This document shows, in pieces, positions 20,955 to 32,121 of a DNA stretch of 64,000 bases. Below the pieces are notes generated by a model. It made no database searches. It had not been told where the DNA came from and saw nothing but the letters and a program-made list of their open reading frames with translations. The stretch lies in contig CAVRPA010000006.1 of assembly GCA_963723005.1 (NCBI GenBank), forward strand, positions 81,280 through 145,279, written 5' to 3'. How positions within the stretch are numbered: the stretch's first letter is position 1; every line of letters starts with the position of its first letter. The position numbers were made by a program, and so were the translations under genes. This DNA is from an uncultured Acidobacteriota bacterium. Lineage in GTDB: Bacteria > Acidobacteriota > Vicinamibacteria > Vicinamibacterales > UBA2999.

Positions 20955-23900
20955 CGCGTCCGCGCGAGGCCTTGCCTGGCCGTAGCCGAGTCCGGCGTCA
21001 ACCACAGCGCCTCGGCGAAGAATCCGCGCGCGGCTGCCTGGTTCCCGGCCGCCAGTTCCAACAGACCGAGGTTCGTGTAGGCGCTGCTGTCGTGCGCGTC
21101 GAACGTGAGCGATCGTTCGAAGGCCCGCCGCGCCAGATCCACTTTCTCGAGCCGGGTGTAGGCCGCGCCAACCAGGTCGTAGGTGGGCGCGTAGCCGGGA
21201 TCAGCGGTCACGGCTCGCTCCGCCAGGCGCACGGCCTCCTCGGAGTTGCCGTGCAGGAACGCGGCGACGGCCGCGAAATACAGCGTTGGCGCACGCTCGG
21301 GAGCCAGGGCCTGCAGTGACGTCACCGCCGCATCGAGCTGGACGGTGTTGCCGGAATCCGCGAAGAGTGTCGCCAGTTGCTCGAGGGCGCCCGTATCATC
21401 GGGAGCCTGTCGCGACGCCTGCCGCGCGGTTTCAACCGCGGACTCGGCAGCGCCCGAAGCCGCCTGCAATTTCGAGATCGCAACTGCGATACGCACCCTG
21501 GCTCCTCCGTCCGCGAGGTCGTGGCCCTCGCCGGCAGAAGTCGCCGCGTCTGTGGCGCGCTCCGACAACGCGCGCAACGAGGTGAGCGCCTCCGCCGCCC
21601 GAGTGGTCAGCACCGCGGTCCGCACGAAGCCATCGAGCGCGCCGCGATCGGTGACGTCCAGTCCCAACGCGTGCAGGTAATCGTCGTAGGCGCGCGGGTG
21701 AACGTCCGACTTCGCCATCATCGCGCCTCGATTGCGCCACTGGGCCGCTCCGGCGGTCGCGCGTGCCTCTCGAATCACGCCGGGCCCGCCATCCGGCGCC
21801 AGCAGCCCAAGCAGCGTGGCGCCGTTCTCGCCGGCGTTGCGGTTGTGCAGCTCGCGCGGCGCGGAGAACTCCAGCCGCATCGTGTCGTCGGCCAGCAGCG
21901 GCGCAGCGGCCGCGTAACGCTGCAACTCGGCGGGACCGGCGGCGTAGAGCGACCACAGCGAGAACGGCTCCATCACGGAAACCAGTGCCAGGTCCTCGGC
22001 CACTCCGGGTCGCGACCACGCGTCGCGCACGCGTTCAAGGCGCTCGTCGAGCGGACCATCCGACGCCATCATCAGCACATCGTCACCGCCGATCAGCCAG
22101 ACCGTGCCATGAGGAAACACCGAGATGAACGTGGCGATGATCGAGCGGAGATCCGGATCGCTGATGTTGTAGGCGTTGGCCCATTGGCAGAGGATGCCAC
22201 CCGGGGCGAGCCGGGCCCGCGCGCCCTCGAAGAACTCGCGGGTGAAGAGCGCCGCGACACCGGCAATCCAGGGGTTCGACGGCTCCGAAATGATCACGTC
22301 GTACTGGCGGCGAGTCAGCAGCAGGTGCGAGCGCCCGTCACCAACGATCAGATTCGTGCGCGGGTCCGACAGCGCGTCGTGATTTTCGGTCGTGAAGAAG
22401 CGAGAGGCTTCCACGACTTCCGGGGAGATCTCGAGGACGTCGGCGCGGGCAATCGGATGGCGCAGCGCGGCGCCGACGCTGACGCCGCTGCCGAGCCCGA
22501 TGATGGCCACGTCGCGCGGGTTCTCGTGCACCAGGAGCGGCAGGTGCGCCACCAGCTTCTGCGTGAGCATGTCGCCGCGATTCGAGGCGTCCACCTTGCC
22601 GTCCACGGCAAGCGTCGTGGTGCCGGTCAGCTTCTTCACCGAGACCGTCGCCGACGCGCCCTCGCGGTAATAGAGCATCGTCCCAGCCTTGAGCTGGGTG
22701 GTGAGGTCGAGATCCTTCGGCACGAATGGCGCGTACATGTACGGTCCGCTTGCCAGCAGCTCGCGATCCCACGCGGGACTGATCACCAGCAGCACCGCGG
22801 CGGCGAGCGCGGCCGCCAGTCCCGCCGCACGAGCGACACCGGTCAGCGCGGTGCGCAGGACCACGATCACTGCCGCGGCGATCAGGCAGCCGCTCACCAC
22901 CTGCAGCGTGACCTGGAGACCGAACCACGGGATGAAGAGAAACCCTGCCGCGAGTGAGCCGGACACGGCGCCGATCGTGTTGATGGCATAGACCGCTCCG
23001 AAACGGCCGGTAACGCCTTCGGCGGCGCTCTCCGCTCAATGCCAGCGCGAGGGGAAATGCCGCGCCAAGGCACATCGCGGTGGGCAGGATCAGGGCGGCG
23101 GTCAGCCACAAGCCGTGGCGCAGCAACTGGGCAAAGGGTTCGTCGGCGCTCGCCATCTGCACCGCGACGATCGACGGGATCTGCTGTCCGGCCAGCGAAT
23201 AGGTGTAGCTCGTGGTCATCGCCGCCAGGGCGAGCGCGATGGCCAGCCACGCCGCGGGCCGGCGGGCGCGGCTCACCATCCACGATCCCGCCGCGGATCC
23301 GATGGCGACGCCGCCGATCACCGCCGCGAGCGTGGCCGCGAACGCATAGGTGGTGGGACCCAGCACGAGCGCCAGGATGCGCGTCCAGGCAATCTCGTGC
23401 ATCAGCGACGCAAAGCCCGAGAGTCCCAACACTCCCGCGGCCAGCCACCGCGCATCGACGGGCACGGCCGAAGGGTTCGCGGTGACGTTCCGCGTCGCCG
23501 TTCGCGACTGAGCGCGAACGCGCGCGGCATTCCGGGCCTCGGTGATCGCTTCGCCCGGGACGACGGCCACGGGCGGCCCGGAAAGCTGGCTGGTTGTCCG
23601 GGACGCCGTCGGCGCGGATCACGAGATAGACGGCCAGCGCGGCGAGCAGGCTCGCGGCGACGCCGATGTAGGTGGTGCCCGAGACCCCAACCGCTGGAAT
23701 CAGGATGAAACCGGCGAGCATCGCGCCGACCGCCGCTCCCGCGGTGTTCAGCGCGTAGAGCATCCCGCTCATGCGCGCCGGCGCCGGGCCTTCGCTGGCG
23801 AACCAGCGAATCGCCATCGGGAACGTCGCGCCCAATGCCGCCGCCGGGGCAAACACCATCAGCAGGCACGACACCAGTCGCATCAACGGGAAGATGAGTC

Positions 23901-24219
23901 CGGCACCACCGTCGCCGTAGGCCCACGACAGCACGGGCGTCAGCAGCCGCAGCTCCCACGGCAACAGCAGCGCCGCCACCGCCACACCGAGCTCGAGGCC
24001 AACGTAGGCTCGAAGCGCGGACGCGCGCGACAGCCTCGAGGCGATGCGACCGCCCCAGGCCGCCCCAACTGCCAGGCCGCCGAGAAACGCCGCCACCACT
24101 GCGGCGGCGGCCGCCGTCGTGTGCCCGATGTAGAGGGTGAGCAGCCGAGTCCAGCTGACTTCGTAGACGAGGCCGGCCAGGCCCGAGCAGACATAGGCGA
24201 GGAGAAAGAGCCACGGCAC
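20951..24219 (-). CDS. Fused MFS-like / spermidine-synthase-like methyltransferase / TPR protein; frameshifts near 23570 and 23020
   Basis: 'SGLAGLVYEVSWTR', 'GATFP', 'LYALNTAGA', 'IIGLGSG', 'GDGR..YDVIISEPSNPW..LFTREF', C-terminal TPRs. Confidence 0.85.
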
Positions 24220-24266
24220 GGTGGAGGAAAGTCTATCCGAGCCCCACTCGCGAGCCCCAGAGCCGG

Positions 24267-24611
24267 CTACGCGCTCCCGTCCAGTGGCGGGAACAAATGG
24301 CGGCCGTCCTGGCCGAGCGGGAGCGGCTCGACCCAGACGACAGCCGACAGCGGCAGCACGCCGTACAAGTGAGGAAACAGGTCACCGCCACGGGACGGCT
24401 CCCATCGCAGGCCTGCTCCCAGCGCATCGGCGTCGATCGCGGCCAGCAACAGGCCCGCTTGTCCCGCGAAGTGCCTCGCGGCCGTTTCCGGCGCCTGTGC
24501 CGCGGTCGAGAAATGAATGAAGCCGTCGGCCAGATCGACCGGCGAGCCGGCGAACTGCCCCGCCGCTTCGGCGTCGGCCCACAGGCTGGCCGGCACAATC
24601 TTGAAGATCAT
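24267..24611 (-). CDS. DUF952 family protein
   Basis: 'IFKIV..W..GSPVDLADGFIHFST..QA.ETA.RHF..WEPSRGG.LFPHLYG'. Confidence 0.92.
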   Translation of the reverse strand: MIFKIVPASLWADAEAAGQFAGSPVDLADGFIHFSTAAQAPETAARHFAGQAGLLLAAIDADALGAGLRWEPSRGGDLFPHLYGVLPLSAVVWVEPLPLGQDGRHLFPPLDGSA

Positions 24612-24714
24612 CGCGCTCACGTCCAGCACGATACACCGCCATGCCGGCGTGGCATGCCAGCCATCGGCACGAAGCGCAACACACCCGGCCGCCGGTCTGT
24701 TAACGTGACGCGCG

Positions 24715-26310
24715 ATGACCACGTTCCTCCGCGCCTTCACGCTCGCCGCCGCGCTCCTTTCCCTGACGATGACGCAGGGCTCCGCCGCCAAGGCGGTGGA
24801 GTACGACCAGGCCACCATCGCGGACCTGAGCGCCGCGATGACCGCCGGCACGCTCACCTCCGAGAAGCTGGTTGAGCTCTGCCTCGCCCGCATCGACGCG
24901 TTCGATCGCAAGGGCCCGTCGCTGCACGCGGTGCTCACCCTGAATCCCAAGGCACTCGAGACCGCGCGAGCGCTGGACGCCGAGCGCAAGGCCAAGGGCC
25001 CGCGCTCCGCGCTGCACGGCATCCCGATCGTGCTGAAGGACAACTTCGACACCTTCGACATGCCCACCACCGGCGGCTCGGTGCTGCTCGAGGGCTCGAT
25101 TCCTCCCGACGATGCGTTCGTGGTGAAGAAGCTGCGGGACGCGGGGGCGATCATCCTGGCCAAGGTCAACATGTCGGAGTTCGCGTCGGGCGCCGCGCTC
25201 AGTTCGCTCGGCGGCCAGACGCTGAACCCACACGACCTGGGGCGCACGCCGTCCGGATCCTCCGGAGGCACCGGCGCCTCGGTCGCGGCCGGTTATGCGC
25301 TGGCCGGGCTCGGCACCGACACCGGCGGCTCGGTGCGCGGCCCCTCCACCTCGAACGGCATCGTCGGGCTGAAGCCGACGCTCGGGCTGCTCAGCCGTGA
25401 CGGCATCATTCCGCTGGCGCTGACGTTCGACACGGCCGGCCCGATGGCGCGGAACGTGTCGGACCTCGCCACCGTGCTCGGCGCGATGACCGGAGTGGAC
25501 GCGGCCGACGCGGCCACCGCCGCCAGCCAGGGCCGCTCGGAAACCGACTACACGAAGTTCCTGAAGGCCGACGCGCTGAAGGGCGCCCGCATCGGGGTGG
25601 CCCGCGATTTCTTCGGCGCGGACGAAGACGTGGACTGGGTGATGGAGGCGGCGCTCGACGCGATGCGCCGCGCCGGCGCGACGATGGTGGACGTCCGCTA
25701 TCCGAAGTGGCTGCTCGACGCCAAGGGCGACTTCTATACCGCGGTGCGGTGGCCCGAGTTCGCGCCGCAGATCGCCAAGTACCTGGCCACGACCGGCCCG
25801 CGCTACCCGAAGACGCTGGCCGAGATGATCGAGCGCTCGAAGCAGTTCACGTCCACTCGTCCGGACGGCGCGATGCCGAACCCGCCGCGCTGGGCGTTGT
25901 TCGCGCGTGAAGCCGGAAGCGGCACCCTGGAGGATGCCCGGTACAAGGCCGTCCACGATCACGTGCTGCCCGCGGTGCGGATGCTGGTGGAGGGCCTGAT
26001 CGAGACCAACAAGCTCGACGCCATCGTCTACCCGACCTCGTCACGACGCCCGGGCCTCATCGCCGGCCCTCCGGATCCATCGGGCACGCCGTCCGCCACC
26101 AACATCGCGAACCTGACGGGTTTCCCCGACCTGATCGTGCCGGCGGGCTTCACCAGCGACAAACTGCCGGTGGGCCTGTCGTTCTTCGGCCCCGCGTTCA
26201 GCGAAGGGAAGCTGCTGGGGCTCGGCTACAGCTTCGAACAGGCGTCGAAGGCGCGACGCCGGCCGGTGCACACGCCGGCGCTGCCGGGGGAAACGATTAC
26301 GGTGCCCTGA
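24715..26310 (+). CDS. Secreted amidase-signature family enzyme
   Basis: 'LHGIPIVLKDN', 'GSSGG', 'GTDTGGSVRGP'; signal peptide. Confidence 0.93.
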   Translation: MTTFLRAFTLAAALLSLTMTQGSAAKAVEYDQATIADLSAAMTAGTLTSEKLVELCLARIDAFDRKGPSLHAVLTLNPKALETARALDAERKAKGPRSALHGIPIVLKDNFDTFDMPTTGGSVLLEGSIPPDDAFVVKKLRDAGAIILAKVNMSEFASGAALSSLGGQTLNPHDLGRTPSGSSGGTGASVAAGYALAGLGTDTGGSVRGPSTSNGIVGLKPTLGLLSRDGIIPLALTFDTAGPMARNVSDLATVLGAMTGVDAADAATAASQGRSETDYTKFLKADALKGARIGVARDFFGADEDVDWVMEAALDAMRRAGATMVDVRYPKWLLDAKGDFYTAVRWPEFAPQIAKYLATTGPRYPKTLAEMIERSKQFTSTRPDGAMPNPPRWALFAREAGSGTLEDARYKAVHDHVLPAVRMLVEGLIETNKLDAIVYPTSSRRPGLIAGPPDPSGTPSATNIANLTGFPDLIVPAGFTSDKLPVGLSFFGPAFSEGKLLGLGYSFEQASKARRRPVHTPALPGETITVP

Positions 26311-26345
26311 AGGCAAAAGGCAGAAGGCAGAAGGCAGAAGGCAAA
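26311..26345. repeat. Heptamer tandem repeat (AGGCA[G/A]A) x5
   Basis: aggcaaa-aggcaga-aggcaga-aggcaga-aggcaaa directly after the amidase stop. Confidence 0.9.
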
Positions 26346-26410
26346 AAGGAAGCGGGGCCGGCAGACGGCAACCGGCAGACGTGGAAGCCGTCTTCGAGCT
26401 CGCGCTCGCC

Positions 26411-26465
26411 CGATCGCTGATCCCTGATCCCTGATCCTGATCCCTGATCCCTGATCCCTGATCCC
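26411..26465. repeat. Heptamer tandem repeat (TGATCCC) about x8
   Basis: cgatcgc, then tgatccc units, one of them 6 bp. Confidence 0.9.
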
Positions 26466-26506
26466 CGACTCTGTAATCCCTTAGAATTGTCGCGCGAGGA
26501 TTGTTC

Positions 26507-29119
26507 ATGTTGAAACGATGCATTTTTGTGATTGGGGCGATGCTGCTGGCCCACCCGGTGCTGGCACAACCTGCGGCACCGGCGCGCGCTGGCGCGGCTG
26601 CCGTACCGACGGTGGAGGACCGCGTCAGCGGCCTGAAGAAGATTGACGGCTACTTCCCTCTCTACTGGGAAGAGCGCACGGGCTCGATGCTGCTCGAGAT
26701 TCCGCGCTTCGACGCCGAGTTCCTGTTTTCGACCGGCCTCTCGGCCGGCCTTGGTTCGAACGACCTCGGGCTCGATCGTGGCCAGGGCGGTCAGGGCCGC
26801 ATTGTCACGTTCCAGCGCGTCGGCCCGCGCGTGATGCTGGTGCAGGGCAACCAGTCGTTCCGCTCGAGCAGCAAGAACCCGCTGGAGCGCAAGTCGGTCG
26901 AGGATTCGTTCGCCAAGTCGGTGCTGTGGGGCTTTACCGTGGCCGCCGAGTCGAACGGCAAGGTGCTGGTGGACGCCACCGAGTTCCTGCTGCGCGACAT
27001 TCATGGCGCCAGCCGCGGACTGCGGCCCGGCACCTTCCGCGTGGACCGCACCCGCAGCGCGTTCTACCTCCCGAACACCAGGAACTTTCCCAAGAACACC
27101 GAGATCGACGTGACGCTCACCTTCGTCAACGAGGCGGGCGGCGGCGGGCGTGGCGGCGGTGGTGGTCCGGCCCAGGGTCCGGCGGCGATCGCTCCGCCTG
27201 AAGTGGCGGGCGAGTTCGGGCGCGGCGGCGGGCTGTTCTCCGGCTCGGTCGCGAGCGTCACGCCGTCGCCGGATTCGGTGACCCTGCGCGAGCACGTCTC
27301 GCTGGTCGAGCTGCCGGACGGCAACTTCAAGACCCGCATCGACGACCCGCGCGCCGGCTACGGCGGCATCAGCTTCGTCGACTACAGCGTGGCCATCGGC
27401 GAGCCGATCGTCATGCGCTACATCCGCCGGCACCGGCTGGTGAAGAAGGACCCGTCGGCCGCGATCAGCGAGCCGGTGACGCCGATCCGCTACTGGGTGG
27501 ACTCGGGCGCGCCGGAAGACGTGAAGAAGGCGCTGATCGAAGGCGCGATGTGGTGGAACCAGGCGTTCGAGGCGGCCGGCTTCCGGAACGCCTTCATCGT
27601 CGAGGTGCTGCCCGGTGACGCGGACCCGATGGACATCCGCTACAACATGATCAACTGGGTGCATCGCTCCACGCGCGGCTGGAGCTCAGGCGGCTCGGTC
27701 ACCGATCCGCGCACGGGCGAGATCATCAAGGCCACGGTCACGCTCGGCTCGCTGCGCGATCGGCAGGACTACATGATCTTCGAGGGCCTGCTCTCGCCGT
27801 ACACCACCGGCAACGAGAAGCCCTCGATCCTCTACGAGACGGCGCTGGCTCGCATTCGCCAGCTCTCCGCGCACGAGGTGGGCCACACGCTCGGGCTCGG
27901 CCACAACTACTACGACAGCACCAAGGGCTGGATCTCGGTGATGGACTACCCGCACCCGCTCGAGGAACTGAAGGCGGACGGGTCGATCGACATCTCCAAG
28001 GCCTATGAGGCGCGGATCGGCGAGTGGGACAAGGTGACCATCAACTACGGCTACCGCGAGTTCCCCTCCGGCACCAGCGAGACGGCGCCGCTCACCAAGA
28101 TCCTCGACGAGGCGTGGGCCGAGGACGTGCGCTACTTCACCAACCAGGACACCGACATCCACCCCCGCACCGAGCAGTGGTCGAACGGCGCCAATCAGGC
28201 GGATGAACTGAACCGCTTGATGCAGGTCCGGCGCTCGGCGCTCGGCCGCATCGGCGAGCACACGATTCGGAACGGCGCGGCGATGACCACGATCGAAGAG
28301 CCGCTCGTGCCGATCTTCATGTATCACCGCTACGCGGTCGAAGGCGCCGCCTCGATGGTGGCAGGCCAGGACTTCGTCTACGCGATGCGCGGCGACGGCC
28401 GCACGCCCACCAAGTGGGAATCCGCCGTCAATCAGCGCAAGGCGCTCGAGGCGCTGGCGGGCACGCTGAAGCCGTCGGAGCTGACCATCCCGACCAAGCT
28501 GCTGAGCCTGATTCCGCCGCGTCCGCCGGGCTTCGGCATTCACCGCGAGCTCTTCCCCCGCAACACCGGTGAGGGCTTCGACCCAATCAATCCCGGCGCC
28601 ATCGCCGCCGACGTCACCATCGGCTTCGTGCTGCAGCCCGATCGCGCCGCCCGCATGGTGGCGCAGCACGCCGTCGATCCCACGCTCCCCGGACTCGAAG
28701 AGGTCATCGACCGGATGGCCAAGGCGATCTTCGACGCCCCCACGGCCTCGCCCTACGAGGCCGAAGTGCGTCGCGCCGAGGAACGAGTGCTGGTCGATCG
28801 GCTGTCGTGGCTCGCGGCCGCGGCCCAGAGCGGCCAGGTGCGGGCGATCGCGTCGCTCAAGCTGCAGCGTCTGTCCACGCGTCTGAAGGCGAACGGCACC
28901 AAGGACGACGCCGACATCGCGCAGCACACGCTGCTCGCCGCCGACATCAAGCGGTTCCTCGAGCGTCCCGCCGAAACGGCGAAGATGCTGCCCGCCGCGC
29001 CGGCTCCTCCAGGGGCGCCGATCGGCGACACCGGCCAGGATTGGCTGTCGCGGCCGCCCGTCTGCTCGTGGGACGAGGCCAATCCGGGACAGTGGCTCTT
29101 CTACCAGCCGCCGTTCTAG
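26507..29119 (+). CDS. Secreted zinc metalloprotease (Met-zincin, DUF5117/DUF4953 EcxA-like)
   Basis: 'HEVGHTLGLGHN', Met-turn 'SVMDYP', 'WNQAFEAAGF', 'DPRTGEII'. Confidence 0.92.
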   Translation: MLKRCIFVIGAMLLAHPVLAQPAAPARAGAAAVPTVEDRVSGLKKIDGYFPLYWEERTGSMLLEIPRFDAEFLFSTGLSAGLGSNDLGLDRGQGGQGRIVTFQRVGPRVMLVQGNQSFRSSSKNPLERKSVEDSFAKSVLWGFTVAAESNGKVLVDATEFLLRDIHGASRGLRPGTFRVDRTRSAFYLPNTRNFPKNTEIDVTLTFVNEAGGGGRGGGGGPAQGPAAIAPPEVAGEFGRGGGLFSGSVASVTPSPDSVTLREHVSLVELPDGNFKTRIDDPRAGYGGISFVDYSVAIGEPIVMRYIRRHRLVKKDPSAAISEPVTPIRYWVDSGAPEDVKKALIEGAMWWNQAFEAAGFRNAFIVEVLPGDADPMDIRYNMINWVHRSTRGWSSGGSVTDPRTGEIIKATVTLGSLRDRQDYMIFEGLLSPYTTGNEKPSILYETALARIRQLSAHEVGHTLGLGHNYYDSTKGWISVMDYPHPLEELKADGSIDISKAYEARIGEWDKVTINYGYREFPSGTSETAPLTKILDEAWAEDVRYFTNQDTDIHPRTEQWSNGANQADELNRLMQVRRSALGRIGEHTIRNGAAMTTIEEPLVPIFMYHRYAVEGAASMVAGQDFVYAMRGDGRTPTKWESAVNQRKALEALAGTLKPSELTIPTKLLSLIPPRPPGFGIHRELFPRNTGEGFDPINPGAIAADVTIGFVLQPDRAARMVAQHAVDPTLPGLEEVIDRMAKAIFDAPTASPYEAEVRRAEERVLVDRLSWLAAAAQSGQVRAIASLKLQRLSTRLKANGTKDDADIAQHTLLAADIKRFLERPAETAKMLPAAPAPPGAPIGDTGQDWLSRPPVCSWDEANPGQWLFYQPPF

Positions 29120-29127
29120 ACTGGGAG

Positions 29128-29154
29128 ATGGGGACGGCGCTCCGCCGTCCCCAT
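29128..29154. terminator. Hairpin after the metalloprotease
   Basis: ATGGGGACGGCG-ctc-CGCCGTCCCCAT; weak U-tract. Confidence 0.55.
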
Positions 29155-29194
29155 TCGTTCCAACGCGTGATGTTGGTCCCCAACTGGCATCATC

Positions 29195-30107
29195 ATGACT
29201 ATCCACCGTCTACTCTGCCCCACCGACTTTTCTGAAGTCTCCGATCACGCACTGCAGCAGGCTGCGGCGCTCGCCCGCTGGTACGAGGCGAGGCTCACCG
29301 TGCTGCACGTCAGGCACACGGTCACGCCTCACCCGGACATGCCGGCGGGCGGACCGATGGCGCCGTGGCTCGAGACCGAAACCGAGGCACTGCGCAAGAA
29401 GACGACCGAAGCGTGCCGGGCGATCATCGACGCCGGCACGCCCGTGGACGTTGCGGTCCTGCACGGCGAGCCCGTGCCGCTCATCCTGGCCATGGCGGAC
29501 TCGCTTCCCGCCGATCTCATCGTGATGGGCACCCACGGCACCAGCGGGTTTCAGCACCTGTTGCTGGGCTCGGTCACGGAGAAGGTGCTGCGGAAAGCCA
29601 CCTGTCCGGTTCTGACCGTTCCACCGCGCGCCCTGACCGCGGCGCCGCGGCCGTTCACGTCGGTGCTGTGCGGCGTGGACTTCTCGGACTGCTCGATCAA
29701 GGCCGTCCAGCTCGCGGCGTCGATCGCCAGGCAGTCGGGAGCCGCGCTCACGCTCCTCCACGTTCTCGAATGGCCATGGCACGAGCCGCCGGCGCCGGCC
29801 ATGGTCGGCGTGTCCACCGGAACAGGCGCGCGCGCTCATCGAGTACCGCGAGTACCTCGAGTCGAGTGCGGTCTCGCGGCTCGCGGACATCAGCACCACC
29901 GCGATCACCGCCGGCCCACTGCCCGCGTTTGACGTGCGGTTCGGCCGGTCGTACGTGGAAATGCTGGATGCGGCGCGTGAGCAGCACGCCGACCTCATCG
30001 TCGTGGGCGTGCATGGGCGCAGCGCGGTCGATCTGGGCTTCTTCGGCTCGACGGCGAATCAGCTGGTGCGCAGCGCGACCTGTCCGGTGGTGACCGTGCG
30101 CGGGTAG
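29195..30107 (+). CDS. Tandem universal stress protein (two USP domains); frameshift near 29815
   Basis: 'LLCPTDFS', 'DLIVMGTHG..GSVTEKVLRKA.CPVL'; second domain 'DLIVVGVHG..FGSTANQLVRSA.CPV'. Confidence 0.9.
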
Positions 30108-30111
30108 TCGG

Positions 30112-31572
30112 TTACGGTGTTGGCCGCTGCGAGCCCGCGGCTCGTTCGCGATCGGCCACGCGCGCGCGGGTGGTCTCGAGCAAGCCGTCCAGCGCCGCGC
30201 GGTTCAGGTGCCGGCCGTGCAGCACCACCCCGCGGACCGCGCGAGTCGCCCGGATGTCTTCCAACGGATTGCGATCGAGGATGGCCAGGTCCGCGACGCG
30301 GCCCGCCGCGACGGCGCCATAGGCGTCACTCTTCCCCAGGAATGCCGGCCCCGCGAGCGTTGCAGCCTGCAAAGCCTGCAGGGGGGTCAGGCCGCCGTTG
30401 ACGAAGAGCTCCAATTCATCGTGGAGCCCGATACCTGGATAGTTGAACGAGTTCAGGAAGCCGGCATCGGTGCCGGCGATGATCCGGACGCCGGCCTCGC
30501 GCAGCAAGGGCAGCAGCGTGACGCTCTTCTCGTAACGCGCATGCCGCCGCGCCACCGTTGCCGCATCGTCCTTCGCGGCGCGTTCGACACGGCCTGTGTA
30601 GGTGGCCTTCAGCCCGGGCCCCAGATACTGCAGGTAGGCGTCGCCGGCGTGGGTGTCCTGATCGAGGTAGGCCAGGATGCGACTGCCGTTCAGTGTCGGC
30701 ACCACGCTCGTGCCGCGTGACGCCAGCCGCCGGTAGGTGGCAATCGCGACCGACGGATCGAAGCCATCGATCAGAGCCGTGGTCGCATCGCCCGGTGTCA
30801 TGGTGCCCGCTGCCACCGCGGCGCTGATCTCCGCTTCACGAGGCGAACCGCCGCGCAGCAGATAGGACATGTGCTCGATCGTGCCGAGGCCTGCCTCCGA
30901 CACCTGATCCAGGGTGAGCGCCGCCGGCACGTGTGCGGAGGTCCGGAACCCGCGCTGACGCGCCTCGCGCAGCGCGAACATGAAGAGGTCGGCGCCGAGC
31001 GTGTTGTCGGTGATCTTCACGAAGTCCACGCGCATGCGCTGCAAGGAATCCAGCCCGGCGCGAACCTCGGTTTCGCTGCCGACCTCGAGATCACCGGGCC
31101 AGATCGAGTCGATGCCTTCGAGCTTCGGACCCGATGTGAAAATGGTGGGCGCCTGCAGGGATCCCGCATTCACTGCTTCGCGCCAGGCGAGCACGCTGGG
31201 GCTGAGGTCGCCCGCGGCATCGCGGACCGTGGTGATGCCATGCGCCACGTACAACGGCAGCAGGTCCTTGTTCTCGTCGATGAGGGCCTCGCCGCCGCCG
31301 AAGTGGACGTGCATGTCCCACAATCCGGGCATCACGTAGGCGCCGGACACGTCGACGACATCGGTCGCCGGCATCGTCGCGGCTTGCGGCCCGACAGCGG
31401 CGATGACGTTGCCGCGAACGGCGACCGCCTGGTCGGGCGTCAGCTGACCGGTCTGGACGTCGATGATGGTGGCGTGCGTCAGCAGGAGATCGGCGCGCGC
31501 AGCCGGTGGCGCAGGCGCGCAGGCACTCGCGACCACGGCGCACGCGGCCGCCAGCAGCCATGGTTTCGGCAT
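30112..31572 (-). CDS. Amidohydrolase family lipoprotein
   Basis: 'PGLWDMHVH', 'HGITTVRD', 'IEH', 'AGTDAG', 'G.VADL..LD.NPL'. Confidence 0.92.
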   Translation of the reverse strand: MPKPWLLAAACAVVASACAPAPPAARADLLLTHATIIDVQTGQLTPDQAVAVRGNVIAAVGPQAATMPATDVVDVSGAYVMPGLWDMHVHFGGGEALIDENKDLLPLYVAHGITTVRDAAGDLSPSVLAWREAVNAGSLQAPTIFTSGPKLEGIDSIWPGDLEVGSETEVRAGLDSLQRMRVDFVKITDNTLGADLFMFALREARQRGFRTSAHVPAALTLDQVSEAGLGTIEHMSYLLRGGSPREAEISAAVAAGTMTPGDATTALIDGFDPSVAIATYRRLASRGTSVVPTLNGSRILAYLDQDTHAGDAYLQYLGPGLKATYTGRVERAAKDDAATVARRHARYEKSVTLLPLLREAGVRIIAGTDAGFLNSFNYPGIGLHDELELFVNGGLTPLQALQAATLAGPAFLGKSDAYGAVAAGRVADLAILDRNPLEDIRATRAVRGVVLHGRHLNRAALDGLLETTRARVADRERAAGSQRPTP

Positions 31573-31605
31573 CCGCCGATTGTAGCGGCTTCGCGTGGGG
31601 GCGCG

Positions 31606-32031
31606 TTACTTCAGCGGGCAGTCGCCGACCAGCGGGCGCCAGCCTTCGACGTCGAGGACCACCTGGGAGTAGCTGGGGTCGCGGCCCATGCTGCCGCCCA
31701 TCGGCCCGGGGCTGATGCTGACCCCTCCGCCGAGGGCGACGCCGGTCTGGTCAACCTGACCCTTGCGGATCAATCCGGTCACCTCGATCAGCCCGCCTTC
31801 GCGTTCCTTGATTTCCTTCAGCAGGTCCTTCTTCCCCGACAGCCGGAAGCGGCGGCCGGGCGGGACCGAGGAGCGGGACTCGTGTTCCGGACTCTCCGTC
31901 ACGGTGAACATGACCCCTTTCGGGCAGCCGGGGATCGAGATGCGGATGGAGTCCTTGGGGACGGGCTTCTCCTGTGCGGCCGCCATGGCCGCGAGCCCGA
32001 CGACGAGAGCAAGGGTGTGGAGCGTCCTCAT
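31606..32031 (-). CDS. Hypothetical secreted protein
   Basis: Signal peptide; two Cys; host-like codon usage. Confidence 0.7.
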   Translation of the reverse strand: MRTLHTLALVVGLAAMAAAQEKPVPKDSIRISIPGCPKGVMFTVTESPEHESRSSVPPGRRFRLSGKKDLLKEIKEREGGLIEVTGLIRKGQVDQTGVALGGGVSISPGPMGGSMGRDPSYSQVVLDVEGWRPLVGDCPLK

Positions 32032-32121
32032 GGCTCCAGTCTAGCGAAGAACCGGTCGAGGCGTTTCGCGTCCCCGTGGCAGAAACTGCCGCGTTTTCGG
32101 CCCTATCGTGCCAGACCCCGG

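Noticed and set aside
26311-26470. Repeats as a CRISPR array
   Set aside because: 7-bp tandem units, no unique spacers, no cas genes.
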